DNA of 64,000 bases from Lingula anatina (taxonomy: Eukaryota; Animalia; Brachiopoda), in contig CM120641.1 of assembly GCA_051362555.1 (NCBI GenBank), positions 26,976,401-27,040,400 on the forward strand, given 5' to 3'. Below the pieces are notes generated by a model. That model was not told the origin of the DNA. It was given only the letters and a program-made list of their open reading frames with translations, and ran no database searches. Positions 1 through 14,004 of this stretch are shown here, one piece after another. The position numbers and the translations under genes are program-made. Within the stretch, counting starts at the first letter, position 1, and every line of letters starts with the position of its first letter.

Positions 1-2204
1 TAGTAAACCCTATATTTCACATGTTAACACTTTTTGGACACAGAAATATAACACTCAAACACAGTCTAAGGTATTCTATTAAGAAGCTTAGATTGGAAAT
101 ACTTAGATTTGAAATATATAATCCGATTACTACATATATTCATCTTTCCTCTTGATTGAAACTAATCTTCAGATATCTAGTTCACCAATATCTTGCCATC
201 ATGAATTCTTCTCGTATTCCATAACGGATTAAAGCGAAAACATTCTGCACCTAAAGCTATGAAATGATTGTTGCTATTTCACAAGGGTTTTTCGAGTCCA
301 TTTTCTTTCCTACCTCCTCGGCCACCCGATTACATAAATTGGGTAGCACACAGACTTTACTTTTTGATGCAAGATCGTGAGATCGCCACTGATTAAAAGA
401 TAATTAATTTATAATTAAATGTTTTAAGGTCGTAATGAAAAAGACAAGAAAATAAGATAAGCTGTCAAGCGAAAATGGTTGGCAAGGCGCAGAAATGAAA
501 TGCGACATCATTGCTCTCTAGAGACGAATGTTCATTTTGCCGTCGATATGAAAGCTGAAGTATGAGATGGTGTTGTCTCTCACTTCTCGAGCTCTCACGC
601 ACATCACGGCAGCGTCCGCGCTTGCCATTTCTAGGGCTGCGACCAATTCTATTTATGTAAACCATATAGAATTTGCAAGATATTTTTCTTTGTTTATTTC
701 AGTAACGATGGCTGGTTCTCGCTACTCCATTTTCTCCTTTTATTTATTGAACCTCCTCTATGAGAAAAAAAATCAACACCATTGTAGATAATCGGTTGAA
801 TAACATATCGATCCTCCACTGTGCAGACTTTGAAGCATAATAATTTAAGGTGACAGTATTACCATAATTCGTTTTGAAATTTTTAATTAAGTCTCATTCC
901 ATGTTGCGTATAATTCGTGTTAATAATAACAAAAAATAAGAATCAAATCAGAGAGTATATCAAAGTCAAATAAATATTTCCATTCTTCGCTAAGCAACTG
1001 TGCCGTTCGTTGGCAATATTGACTCACTTTAAAATCGGTGAGCCAAGTGTCTTTTTACACAGCGTTCCAGTTGCAAACATTAATATTATGAGATCAAACC
1101 TCACGACAGAAAGAAACACGACCTGTCATTGAAGAATAATCAAACATTTGCCTTCAAATGTTTCTGTTTTCTGCTTAAGTAATTTACAGGCATGTTTTCC
1201 CAAAAAATCAAATGCGAAGGTTTGTTTTTTAAAACAACTAAGATATTCAAAGGTTTGACTTTTACATTTTAGTCGTATATTATTTCTGTGTAAACCTATT
1301 AATGGCGGTCGTCTTCAACGGTGGGGGAGCTGTTTTCATGGGCTTTAAAACACCCAAACAGAAAGAGTACATATATATCTAAAGACATATTAAAATATTA
1401 CAAAGAAGAAACTTCAAAAGCCAGAGGATGATTACAGCGAGTTTATTAAGGGTTTTTGAGCCCCTCTCACCGGGCAATCTTATAGCAGAAAAAGTACAGA
1501 AGTCAAGCACTCCATTATCCACTAAGTAAACGAAGATCCCGCAGAAAAGAGTATTATTAACTTTATTAAGAAGCGTAAGTTAAAGTAAATTCCCTTCCAA
1601 TTCAGCCTTGGGCTAGCTTTTATACAAACGGCGAGATGTTAAGAGAAAATTACCAGGCTGTGCGTACGAACCTTAAAAAACAGATTCTTTGTAACACAGT
1701 GCTATCCAATTACCGTTTGGCCCAGAGCTAGTTAGGAGCGACAAAAGACGAAAATGGTTTTCCCGCGATTGAATAGCGGGCCGCTTCACGCATGAAAAAA
1801 TCTAAGTTTTCAATAAGAACATGTGCCTAAAGACAGTACGCTTTCAAATTAAAATTGTTTTTTTTTCTTCGTTTCTTTTTTATCATTGTCACACTAACCG
1901 TGATATATGCAACCGGGAGCTGAGAGTTACAGTTACTTAAAAAGGAAAGAGCGGTAAGGGTGAGTTGAATTGAACTTTTTTGGCAACGCGTTTATATCAA
2001 ATAAAATTTCAAGAATGTGAATACAAATAATTTAAGTATACAAATATAGAAGTTCTATATATTCCATCTTTCTTATGTAATAAAATTTATTTGACTACAC
2101 AGAATATTTTTAATCTGTGAAGTCCCATTACAATTGGGAGATTTTATCAATGTTAAAGAATACGTAAATGTGTGTTGAATAACGTCAGGGATCCAGATGT
2201 TAAT

Positions 2205-2207
<3 letters not shown>

Positions 2208-2240
<33 letters not shown>
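2208..2240. repeat. (GA)n microsatellite
   Basis: Direct reading. Confidence 0.95.
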
Positions 2241-2244
<4 letters not shown>

Positions 2245-5200
2245 GTATGCTACAAAATTATGTAACATTCCAGGAAAATGTAAATGTCCGGACATTTTAC
2301 TCAGAAAAAAGAAGCCCGAGGCAGAAAGAACATTCTGTTGTTTTACGTAACAACCGGGAGAACATTTTGTTAATTACAGCTAATTCATGGTCAAATTAGT
2401 CTTTTTATCACCGTGTGTCATAATCATGGGAAATTACTCAGTCATTGCTTTCAAGCAATATTAATGCCTCATTTATTATACATTATGGTCAGTGAATTTA
2501 TTTAATAAACATAAATATTAATAGAATTGAAATAATTGGTTGAGGTTGTTTTTTTTTTAGTGTTTATAAATTCACCTGGCACCAAAACCATGTCTCAAAA
2601 TATAGTAAAAACACCTTTAATGAAATTAATAACGCCTAGAGCAACTTCGAAGTCGGTCGTGAAAGCAGTCACTAAGAAATAAGAACATGCTGACTCGGTG
2701 GAACAAAAGAATTCAACAGCTGCCTATTTTTGGCTGGCAAAGAAGTGGCTAGAAGGAGCAATGACCAGCATGACAACTACGGCAACAAACGGCAAAAATA
2801 TCATTTCCAGTAAAAAAATAAAGAATTAAGTGAACAGTTATGAAAAATGTCCGTTTGTTCGGGGCTTGAGCCCACGCAATGCTGAAAAAGCCGACGGTTC
2901 GCTGAAAGAAGTTATTCACGTGAAATGCGCATCGGATTTACAATGTGGAAAATATGTCATTATTACTGATTAATCAAGCAACCTACTCAGTTGACGTAGG
3001 TTTTTTTTTCATGCCGGGTGTATCGACAAGTAAAGGCAGTTAGAGGTAAAAGCGGGGCGGGGAAGACACAAAAACAGTCATTAGGCGCACAAGACCTATT
3101 GTCCTTGCGACCACTCTTAGCAGTGTGTGACAAGACCGTGAAGAAAAAGCACAGAAGTAATGCAGGTTATTTGTTAATATTGTAGGAGACATCAGTTTCA
3201 CATCCTCTGACAAACATATTACCCGCCCAGCATAAAAACGGCAAACTCAGTCTCAGATGGTGTAGTTTACAACTTGAATGGAGATGAAAAAACAACCTGT
3301 CTCGCTTTCAGTGAACCAGACGAATATTATTGTTCTCAACGAAACAAAACGTTCACGGTCATCAATAACTCAAATATTTTGCAGCACTTTTCGAGTCAAA
3401 AGTCAACGCGCGATATTCCATTTCACGGTGGGAATTTATTTGTTATTAAACACTCAAATTGGATTGAGTTTAGCAAATTTCAAATATGGATTACCGTTTT
3501 GAATTTGAAATGCGTCTCTGAAAAGAGATCTTCATAGACTAAGATTTAAACGGTCTTTAAAATGTTTAATTTTAAAGCGAAAATTTACTCAAATTTCAAT
3601 ACCATTGTAAGTTAAATAGTCGCTTGTATTTGTCCTCGCTTGCCTATCCCCTAGCTCCTAACAGCGGACAATACCGAGTGTTGACACATTAGATCTAACA
3701 TTAGCACGGCTAGGGCTGGCATGACAATCATTTCACAAAGCCAGTGCATTAACTGGCTTGCTTGTGATTTGATGCTGTCACTTCTCTGTGGATTTTACAT
3801 GTCTGTTATGCGTTCCTGGGTCTGACTTTTACATGTGTAAATTTGCTTTTTGCTCTTTTCTTAAAGTATAAGGAACAAAGACTCCTGCTGAACGCTGCCT
3901 GACACCGCGGGAAACAATGGCCAAAGGTTTTTAAGAATCACGAAAAAGGTTATTTGAAATACGAGTTACAAAAGATTTTAAGGGAAATGAAAAAGAATCG
4001 ATAACGTATACCAAAGTAAAAAATTAGAGCACTCTAATTCGCAATTTTATTTTAAAAAATTAATTAACTGTCATTATTTCGAGAATGCAGTGAAGTGTTG
4101 TGAATTTTATTTAACTAAGAGCGTTTTGGCAACGAAGAAAATGCTGTATATTCAAGAGTGAAACGGCTACACGACAGGATAAAAACACAAAGTAAACCTA
4201 TTCTTTGCGTGTATTAATAACATTAAATGGCGGATTAGGAGGCAAAGGATCTGGGAGTCTTTGTTCTGAAAATATGATCATATTATATATAAGAATGTTT
4301 TTAAAATATTCATTCTCCCTTGTTAAGAGATTCTTTCTCCCCTGTTTCAAAAGTTCGCCTCACAGAATTCATTATCAAAGCTAAATAACATTCGCTCATT
4401 TTGCATTCCTCGTCTCTGCTGTGGTCGCAGAGTGACCTGCTGTTTATACAAAGATTTTATGTCCCCATTCTTTTCAGACAAGATGATTTGTGGGTAAACG
4501 ACGGGATCGAATTGCAGATCAGCTCACCCGAACACAAAATTCAGTTTTTTTTCCACTTCTTTCCAACAGACCGCATCCTTCAATATCACCTCCCTGAGGG
4601 GCAGTTATAAGGACGGGGCTCACAGGAGGTCGTTGGCGTTGCTAACATGCTCGCTCTGTTAAAACTGAGGAGTATACATCTCTCAGTAGCTGAGGAAATA
4701 TCATGGAAATGAAACTGTCAGAAATTAAGATATTTACTATGATGTGTAAAATGCGTCGCACTTCACGGGGAACACGAATCCTTTAAAGGGCATTTATCTG
4801 TTAAATGTGTTACTAAGGACACAATCATAGAAGTAGATCAAAGTGACGATATTCGACACAATGGGACAAACTTGAAATTCAGGGTACACGAAAAGGGGTG
4901 GTGGTGTATGGGGCGGGAATGGCTTCCGTCCCGCTTTTTTCAACTCTGGGATAACGTTACTTAATGGCACCCATCAATCATCCCGTAGAGCTCGTTTGTG
5001 TGTGCCTCAGATCGTTCTCTCTTAACGTAAGACTTTTTAAGTCCCACTAATACTCATCAATAGTTTTCCTAAAATATTTTCAGTTGACGCAGTTTTATAT
5101 AATAACTGAATAGGAGAAACACATTACCACAAACATGATAACAGCACAAGTTTTCAATCTAAAATGGCGGCTTCTTTCATCGAACCGCCTTTATATTTCA

Positions 5201-8200
5201 TAATATCCCGACCAAACTCTATATAAAATAAGGTTTGGGTTTAGGTTTGGTCTTCCTTTGTTTGAGGCCTATTCCGTTCCAGTGTAAATTTTATTATAGT
5301 TCCCCCATGTTTTAATTCTTCCCCAGCTGCTGTAAAATGCGCATTCGTCTCTTATAATGTATCAATGCAACTGTTTGCTTCACAACTCTCGGGTTACAAG
5401 AAAGTCATTTTCCAAGTTTAGGTTGTCATTATCTATTCATTACCTGATAGCAAGGAAACCTGAGACGGCACTCTTACCGTTGAAATACTAAGTCCCGTCT
5501 ACAGTATCTTAAATCATTGCAAATTAAGTATCGGAAGATCGTAAATACGGCACATAAGTAACGTCAGTCCACGTTTTAGGTCCAAATAATGAATTGCGAT
5601 TGACAGTGTGGCAATTAGAAGGCATAAGATTCAGTCAGGCTTAGAGGTTTTAACAAAGAAATATAACATCACATTTACGTCAAAGACATTCATCTTCTCC
5701 TCCGACTTCATTGCCCTCCCCTACAGGTGTTAAATTATGGGTTGCGGCCATAACCTGCAATGTCAAAGGTCCGCTTGGCACAAATGACCATCGCCAGTCT
5801 GAAGACCATAGATACCCTGGACGCAGGCCCTGGACATTCTGTGTGGACAAGACAAAGTGAGTGCGTTTTTGATAATGACCATGGGGGCCACACTAACATT
5901 ACAATCATTAGTCCCTGGGGCAGTGTACCTCAGCGCTTGGATGGAGGGAAGGAAATGACAATTTTAGTGCAAAGCTTGGTATTTTCAGTGAAATTTGTGG
6001 TCTGTGAGTTTTATATGTTTTTAAAAGTATTTTCTTTTCAAAATTATTTCATATCTTTGCAAGAGGACTGTGGTAATTAAAATGCAAAAAAATGTATATT
6101 TCAGGTGTTGTTATTGATTTTTTAAAAATATAATTGCTGTTGTTTATTTATTTATTTTATTTATTTACGTGAAGGAGTGTCACAAAAGTACGTTTTCACT
6201 CACGTCAAAAAATATACACGCCAAATTAAACAAGTGGTAGAAGAGAGTCAGACTGAGAGGGTTCACTGCAGGCGACAAAAATAACTCTATTATCTCTCAG
6301 TGAGTTTGATCCTGAGCTACTTACGTGATATTTTGGCCAGTTCGCCGACAAGGGATCAATTTTCTTCGACCATGGGACCCCACACGCGTTGTCGCGTCTC
6401 GGGATATTTAATCTGAGAGCGGAGCACACCTCAATCTCTAGGTCATTATCGACAGAGAATAGACTAATTACCCAAAGCTTGAAACTACAATGAGATGGGG
6501 AACGAAATCACCCAGCGTTTAGAGAAAAACTTTTATGGCGCTGGGATATGTCTCGACGTCACAATGCGAGGAGATCTTGGTTTAATAAATCAAAGTTTAA
6601 CTACTTTGTCAACGATATGGTGCGTTCGTGATGTTGTGACAAACAGAGAGAAAAAACCTAGTTTTTATGTCCATAGTTGGAATTTGATACAGAAAACACT
6701 CCTTTATATGTAAAAATTCAACAAAGAATGTATGCGCGGCTACTTAAACTGCAATGAAAAAAATACATTTCAGGACAGAGTGCGTTATAAGAACAGCGAC
6801 CTGATTGTATCATGAAACACTAGGTCACGTGCTTCCCTTTATTCCTGTAGTTGATAGGGAATTGGAATTTAAGGCGATGTTTCTGGGGCAAGAGCCTTAC
6901 AACATGAAAACGAAACGCACAATTAAATTAAAATGAAAAATACTCAGTAAATTACACGATGAACAATAATTATTTACGGCCAGTCTTCCCATTCCATAAT
7001 TTATGCCGCACGTAAGGCGTCGATGACAGAAAACAGATACACTATGTTTTAAACAAATTGTCTTCAGTTGGGATGTCTGTTTCTACAAATTACTAAAATT
7101 ACCAAATTAATGCTAAGTGGTTAGCCCACCTAAGTCGAGAGATGAGATAAGGGTGGAGCTCACAGCGAGATAATTGTTTATTTTATTCGCGATCAAAACC
7201 ACTCTTATTCTTATCGGAGGGGTAGGTTTATACATATCTTAATATTCAAGGATATTTCATAGCGTGGTGTTGGTTTTACCATACAGTCTTGAGTCCAGCG
7301 ATATGAAACCTTGAACCCACCGTCTACCGTCTACTGTCTTTCCTTTCGGCAAGCACGGTTTCTTTTTATGTAACATTACCATCCCATACATAAAGTTTCA
7401 TTGGCAGACCCTCATTACACGGGGGCCCCTGGATGTGCACGTACAAAAGACACTGAGAAATCGGGCGGTAAGTAATAGGCTGGGGTTTGTTATGTCATTG
7501 TATATGATGCCATCCACATCTGTACAATATCTGTCTTCATGTTCAATCAAAACGAATATGGCCACAGTAGTAATTACATGTACGTAGAGATCGTGAGAAT
7601 GCTGTGCAAAAAAAGAAGCGACACCCACTCGGCAACTTTAAAAATAAGCAACGCATTTTTTTGGCCCAAGAAAACTTTAAGTTAAAAAAAAAAACACGAA
7701 ATTTACTTGAAGTATGATTCTCTATACTACTTTTATAAGTGACTAGTGAGTTGATTTATGTTCCCAATGAAGTGCTCAATCATAACGCGAAATTAACTGC
7801 AGATATATAAGATATAGATATATATTTCATTCAGTTGAAAATTAGTAATTGTGTCTGTGATCTCTGGTGCTATGGGACATAAAGAGACTAATAACCTGAG
7901 TTTAAATGTAAGGTTAATACTCATATACGATGCAGAGTACTGCAGTTAATTGCTTAACTAATTTATAATTTCCTGAATAACAAACAAGTAATGAAAAAAT
8001 GGCGATAGTCACATTCCGTAATACATGATTATCAGTGGATTAGAATGAAGGGAAATTTTATCTTCCACCTCAATTGCTTTTGATGCGATAATCTAATTCA
8101 CCAGGCTAAGTAGAAAAGATCATTAATAATCCCATTTCCTCCGTAATATAACAAAAGCGCTATCCTGTGATACCGACAAGGGAAAATTAGAGGAAAACGT

Positions 8201-10838
8201 TGTCATTCCCAATCAGATCATTGAAATAATAGAAAAATGCTCAACAACATAATAACTAAACTGCAAAATTGTACGTTTCTGTGTGGTTGTTGTTGTTGTG
8301 TTTTTTTTCCGAAGGGCTTGTTATAATGGAAAAAAGAGGAATTAATTTGTTTTCGGTTTAATCATTGTAATAATATACCGCAGTATGAAAATGTTTCAAT
8401 TTAAGTAATCTAATAAGTGTGCATGGATACGTTATGTGTTCACAACGGTCTTTTAATGGGCTTTGTTATTAGCAAATAAAAGGGATTCAATGTCCCCCTA
8501 CACCCGCCTATGTTCGTCCAGCTATGTTGATTGAACATAGTTAAAATACAAGCAGATAATAAAAGCTGATGTCAAAAAATCCTTTCTCTCGCAATAACGT
8601 TGTCTGCCGTCACACGGGCATTGGTAGCGAATTAACCGGCGTGTGTAGGATGAATTGGAGACGAAATGAAATGTGAACTTTATCCGGGATCAGATGCAAA
8701 AATTGCGGACTCGGCACAGGTATCATTTCCGAACTCGTAATTGCAATCCAGAATTAATGATCACTGTGGAATTGATATGTCTTGGGGAAGACCAGAGCGC
8801 ACACTTGGCATGCGATAGAGAACGCTTTGCTATGCCACGTCTGGTCACAGAAATCCAGATTCCTTGACAACGGTTATAAGAGACACGGGTTAATTGATGG
8901 ATAGTATAACTCTCAGGTGCAAAATTCATGTTACTATCAAATGAGATCGATTCAAGGCCTCACGAGATGGAAAGATATAGAAGAAAGCCGCGTTGTTTTT
9001 GCCGAAATATGATCTTGATCTCATGTCGATTGCAGAAAGATGTTGTCGATTCCACGTGAAATGAAGGCACAATCATTCAATGAGCTCTGGCGTTTTCCTA
9101 CCCTCCGTGATGTCTGACTGCAAGACTAATGAATAAAACCTTTTGTTCAAATTATTAAATGTGAAAGTCTATACACCGGCCTTTCACATATTGTAATTAA
9201 AAGACTATCGTTCGCCGTCAGCTGCCTAGGATATGGATTGCGCCTTCATCATTGCTGATATTTTTTCATCCAGCGAAATCGACACCGGATTGGGTTTTAT
9301 GCATTGACGTGCACGAGACGATCGGATCAAAATGATTATATCTCAAAACTTCTATCCTTTAAAAAGCAAGAAATATTCGAGTGATATGTCATTAATCAAA
9401 CGAAACGTACACTGCTTAAATTTCAAAGTACAAATCTCCATAGATCGTTTGATTATGGAGTTAGTAGCGGTTTTCATCAATAACGCATTGTAAGCTATCC
9501 ATTGCTAAAACACCGCCTCGACACCTTGTCAGATGCATGGCTGTGTACTTTTTCATTTATTTCACGAAATTTTGAGTGTTGAATAATGATATCATATTGT
9601 ATTTTAATACCTTGTAAGTGACACTCGGTTTTGCGTTGAGGCACAATCATAAATACACTGTATATGGAAAAATTGCAAGCTATGTTGGCGATCTTTTGGC
9701 AGGCTATTAAAGCAATGGTAGACGGTTAAAGCAAGATGTTATTTCTCCAACCTGTTTGAAGTTTACGAAGCTTGAAAAATACTCAGTAGAATTGAAATCT
9801 TTAAAAAATCAGTGCTTGATAAGGTTCAACGTCTTATTTCAAATTTGCATTAATGTCTGGTAACATATGCCCTAACTGTTTAGGACGAGAGGGTATATAA
9901 GAATGAACATTGTGATTATCTTCAAAAAGATTACGTAAATTTCAGCTGTTTTATGCGACGTCCTCATCGACTTTTGCGCATTGGATTCGTAGGTGTTCTA
10001 TATAATTTGAGAGTTGTAATATTCTCTATCGATTTCGCCATAGCAATGGTCAGAGCGATTCGCAACTAGACTATTTCAAGAACCTTTAAACATTCATTAA
10101 TTCTGATATTTTATATAACCAGATATCACAAAATTGAATGTTAAAGATGAAGATCAACGCACGCGGAGACCCCAATTGCCGTTCAGCTCGCTCTTTCCTA
10201 CCTGTATGATAAATAAACTGCTTCTGGAACTGTACGTTTGTGGTGCGAATCAAGAGCAGAATATTTCCTATTGCAAACAAACTCCAAACTAGGTTTTGAT
10301 AACTGTGTATGCTATATTCGAAGTGTAACTCAGTTCATATGGTTTGGATTTTGATAGTCATCAGCACATAAATAACCAACCTGCAGCTTCTGATGTATGA
10401 ATCAGAATGACGGACACTTTTTAAAAATTTAACCAGCAGAATAGAAAATGATTACAGTGATCACAACAGTAATTTAAAATCAAACTGATAAATTGAAAAA
10501 TACTGAGATCATTATTTGAAATGCTTTAATCGCTGGAATTAATGAAGACGTACGATAAATGTTTCTGATTAGAAAAAATTAAATTTGGTACGTTCACTAC
10601 AGTTTCCGGCTTTCTATTAACGTGCAGAGGACCTGTGAGTCAATTGGTCTACAACTTTTTCGCCTAACAAAATAAATATATTCCGCCTGGAGCCGTTGCA
10701 AATTTTTGTTACTAGTTTTTGGACGTAACGTTGCAGTCTTGCTTCTTCTTTGTTGATTGTCGTGCATTTTCTTTATTTTCCTTGTATTATGCTTCCCGGA
10801 CTGAAATGCAAAGAAAAAATTATAACTAAAACTTAAAA

Positions 10839-10856
10839 GTGTGTGTGTGTGTGTGT

Positions 10857-10908
<52 letters not shown>
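10839..10908. repeat. Compound (GT)n-(GA)n microsatellite
   Basis: Direct reading. Confidence 0.95.
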
Positions 10909-10911
<3 letters not shown>

Positions 10912-11601
10912 ACGAGGTACAGTTACAGTGACAAGAAGGAGCATAATGAATGTCTCTCCAGAACATTAGAAATAAAATATGAAAAGGAAAATGATACAAT
11001 AATGGCGGTCTATTTATAAGTACTGTGGCGGATACATTTGTGACCGCATATATGGACACAAAAACCAGTTCACAGGAAAAAGCCACGTATTCCAGCCTCA
11101 TGAAACACACTGTCTGTCAACACGAAATCTTATACAACTTCAAGTCATTCCAGTGTAAATTAACAACAATGTCGGGTAGCTCCTTCCTTCTTGTCAAACA
11201 AAAATGCGAATGCCTGTCCTAATACCCCTTTAGAAATGTCGTCTCTGATGTCAAACCAAATTCTGGCTCTAAGTGTTCCATTGAAAATGATGACTCAATA
11301 TATTTTTTATGATATCACTGAATGTTGATTTAACATTCTTTTAAGTGGATATCGTTTCATTAGTTTAAATGACAATTGAATGGAAAACATAACCTAGATC
11401 AGTTCAGCATTTTAAATACCCAGAAATCAATTTCTTCCAAGGAGGTCCATACTACACATTATAATGCAGAGTTATAGTATCACACATTTGTTAAATTTAA
11501 ATTGTGGGTCCCAGTCAATATTTCAAACAGAATCGTCAGCGTTGACAATCGTAATTTCAACAATGCAACAGACCTCTATTAAAACTTTCATGGACGGGCA
11601 C

Positions 11602-11602
<1 letters not shown>

Positions 11603-11674
<72 letters not shown>
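11603..11674. repeat. (TA)n microsatellite
   Basis: Direct reading. Confidence 0.95.
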
Positions 11675-11677
<3 letters not shown>

Positions 11678-11757
11678 GTATTTTAATCTTTAAATTCTTA
11701 ATTTTGTGAAAGGAAATGTTGTCCTAATAAACCTTGTTAATATTGATGTCTTATTAA

Positions 11758-12060
11758 AGGCATAAGAAATGTCTGTATGATATTCTTATTTCACAATAAA
11801 TACATTTTAAACAACACATAGAAATATAATTAATTCCATTTTACCACCAAAACAACGGTTATTGCAATTATTCTGGAATCTGTGCTTGTCATCAGACCAC
11901 CTTCATGGATGGTAATACATGTACCTCGGCAATAATCTCTTGAGAGATTACTTCAAAAAAATTTAAGGAAAAAAACGTACTTACATGAATGTCGAAATAG
12001 ATTCTTTAACCATTGGTAAGTATGTGATTTTTTTAACCAAAACGAACAGTTGTTATCCCT
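11758..12060. mobile_element. Diverged copy of the TTAA MITE family, in opposite orientation to 42661-42997
   Basis: Aligns with the reverse complement of 42661-42997 (tatttcacaataaa, gcttgtc...agaccac, ataatctctt, aaccattggtaagtatg, ccaaaacgaacagttgttatccct). It starts ttaa|agg. Confidence 0.7.
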
Positions 12061-13903
12061 TAAAATCAAATCTGTGGAGTAACATCACATTCAGGATGGA
12101 ACTCTTCTTATCAGTGCTTTTTACAAAGACAAACTTTTTTACCTTCTACACGTACGAAGTTTTCACAAATTTCAAAAATACGTACTTTTAAATGCATGGT
12201 TATTTGCATACTGTTGTCTGTTTTAGGATTAAAAAAATGGCGTTCTAACATTCAAATCTTGACTTTTATCCACTCGACACAGGTGCAAAAAGATGTAGAC
12301 AGGAAAACTAGATGTTCGAGTTTCGATTTTTTATTTGCTAAAAAAAAAAAAAAAGAAACAAAATAGAAGTTGTTTTATTGTTCTTGAACACGCACTACGA
12401 AAGTAAGAGGCGCATGAAAATTATATTCTGCTTTCCTCGAATCAGGGAGGAAACATCTAAGACAAGCTTTCCAATGTAATCTCAGGAAGCTTATACAAAA
12501 TCTAAACACCAGATAGATATCACATAAGGTTGTAGTATATAAAGGAAATTGTAATGCTCATGCTGGCAAACAATTCCTGTTAATGCCCATAAGGGTGTGC
12601 ATTGTGATAGCGGTGTGCTAGAACTTTTTCTGTAGGAATTTTAATCCCGTTTATGATTAAATCAAACATGTGACAACAAATGCCTTATTCATTCAAACAA
12701 GTTTACTCAGTTTACTGCACGAGTATTTTAAGAATGCTAATGAGATGCTTTAGTCGAAGTCTTACATGTAGCTGTAGGTCGAACTTTCAAGAAAACAAAA
12801 TACAAAAGTAGATTGCATTAAAAAATTTATCCAAAAAGCAAATTCCAGTGTTTTTTTAATCTTAACTGTTGATGTTTTTAAAAAATTAAAATGAATCCCC
12901 ATTGGGCATATTTTTGTCTAACAAATCTGAATATAAGCTAAGAGTTGGATTCAAATGCGGTAAAGTACAGTTCATAAACAATGATACTCATTTTCAAAAA
13001 GATGTCAGAAATCATGACAAAAAATCTATATCTGCTACCGTTTGTTGGTGGATGTTGCAGTTAGAATGCAAAGCGTATTATTTGTCTACATTGAAATCGA
13101 ATAATCCCTCTGTGTTATTAATTTCTTCAAATTGGTCTCCTCTGTTGATTAACATTTCTTTTCTTAAGAAACAAAAGATGTGCACACGAACTTCATTAAC
13201 TCAGGAGCATTTCACGTCTTTATAATAATCCAACCAAACAACGTGAAAACTGCAATGGGATTCCTGCATATTAATTGAAATAATTGTCGCAGGTAAAAAA
13301 CTACCAAGAGAGACATATTATAATTAAAAGGAGTTATGCACTGATTGATGATACGAGAAGAGAGAAGAATTCGAAATCTTAAATGTTATAACAGTAAATA
13401 TGGTGTTAAAATTGTTTACTCATTTTGTTCGTGGCAATAAAAATTTTCAACATTATGACGACAAAGATCGTGGTAAATTATTATAGAGCAGAAATAAATT
13501 ATTCCATTGGATGTAGTGCATTAATTATGCACGTGACATATTTTTGTAACTTTTACAAACAGATGATTTTAGGATATCACAAAATATTGGGAATGTAAGA
13601 CATATCCGATAATGAAATTAAAAGACGGTCCATTTACAGTCGGGAAACTCTGAAGTCAGGGTTGTTTGAGCGCGAATAATTCGAGTTGACAGCGTTCTTA
13701 ATAAGTATTGCCTGCAAAGTCAACTGTCTACAAAAGACGTGAAGAAGGGATGCAGCTAAAGCTTTGTATTGTGACGTGGTTCTCGTTGGGTGTAAAAAGG
13801 ATATATTAAAGGTCCCATTGCAGTCATGGATTGAAATTTTGTTAGATCTTTTGTTTCCTGTGCATTATAATAAGCGGTGAATATTTTGTGTCTGACGTCG
13901 CCC

Positions 13904-13907
<4 letters not shown>

Positions 13908-13963
<56 letters not shown>

Positions 13964-14004
13964 ACACACACACACACACACACACACAAACACGCGCACA
14001 CACA
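13908..14004. repeat. Compound (CT)n-(CA)n microsatellite
   Basis: Direct reading. Confidence 0.95.

Noticed and set aside
300-680. Possible promoter and first exon of a minus-strand gene leaving the window
   Set aside because: Only generic CCAAT/AT-rich motifs and one donor-like site; no coding evidence.
10504-10525. tgagatcatt resembles the 5' end of the bantam miRNA
   Set aside because: The match stops after ~10 nt and I see no precursor hairpin.
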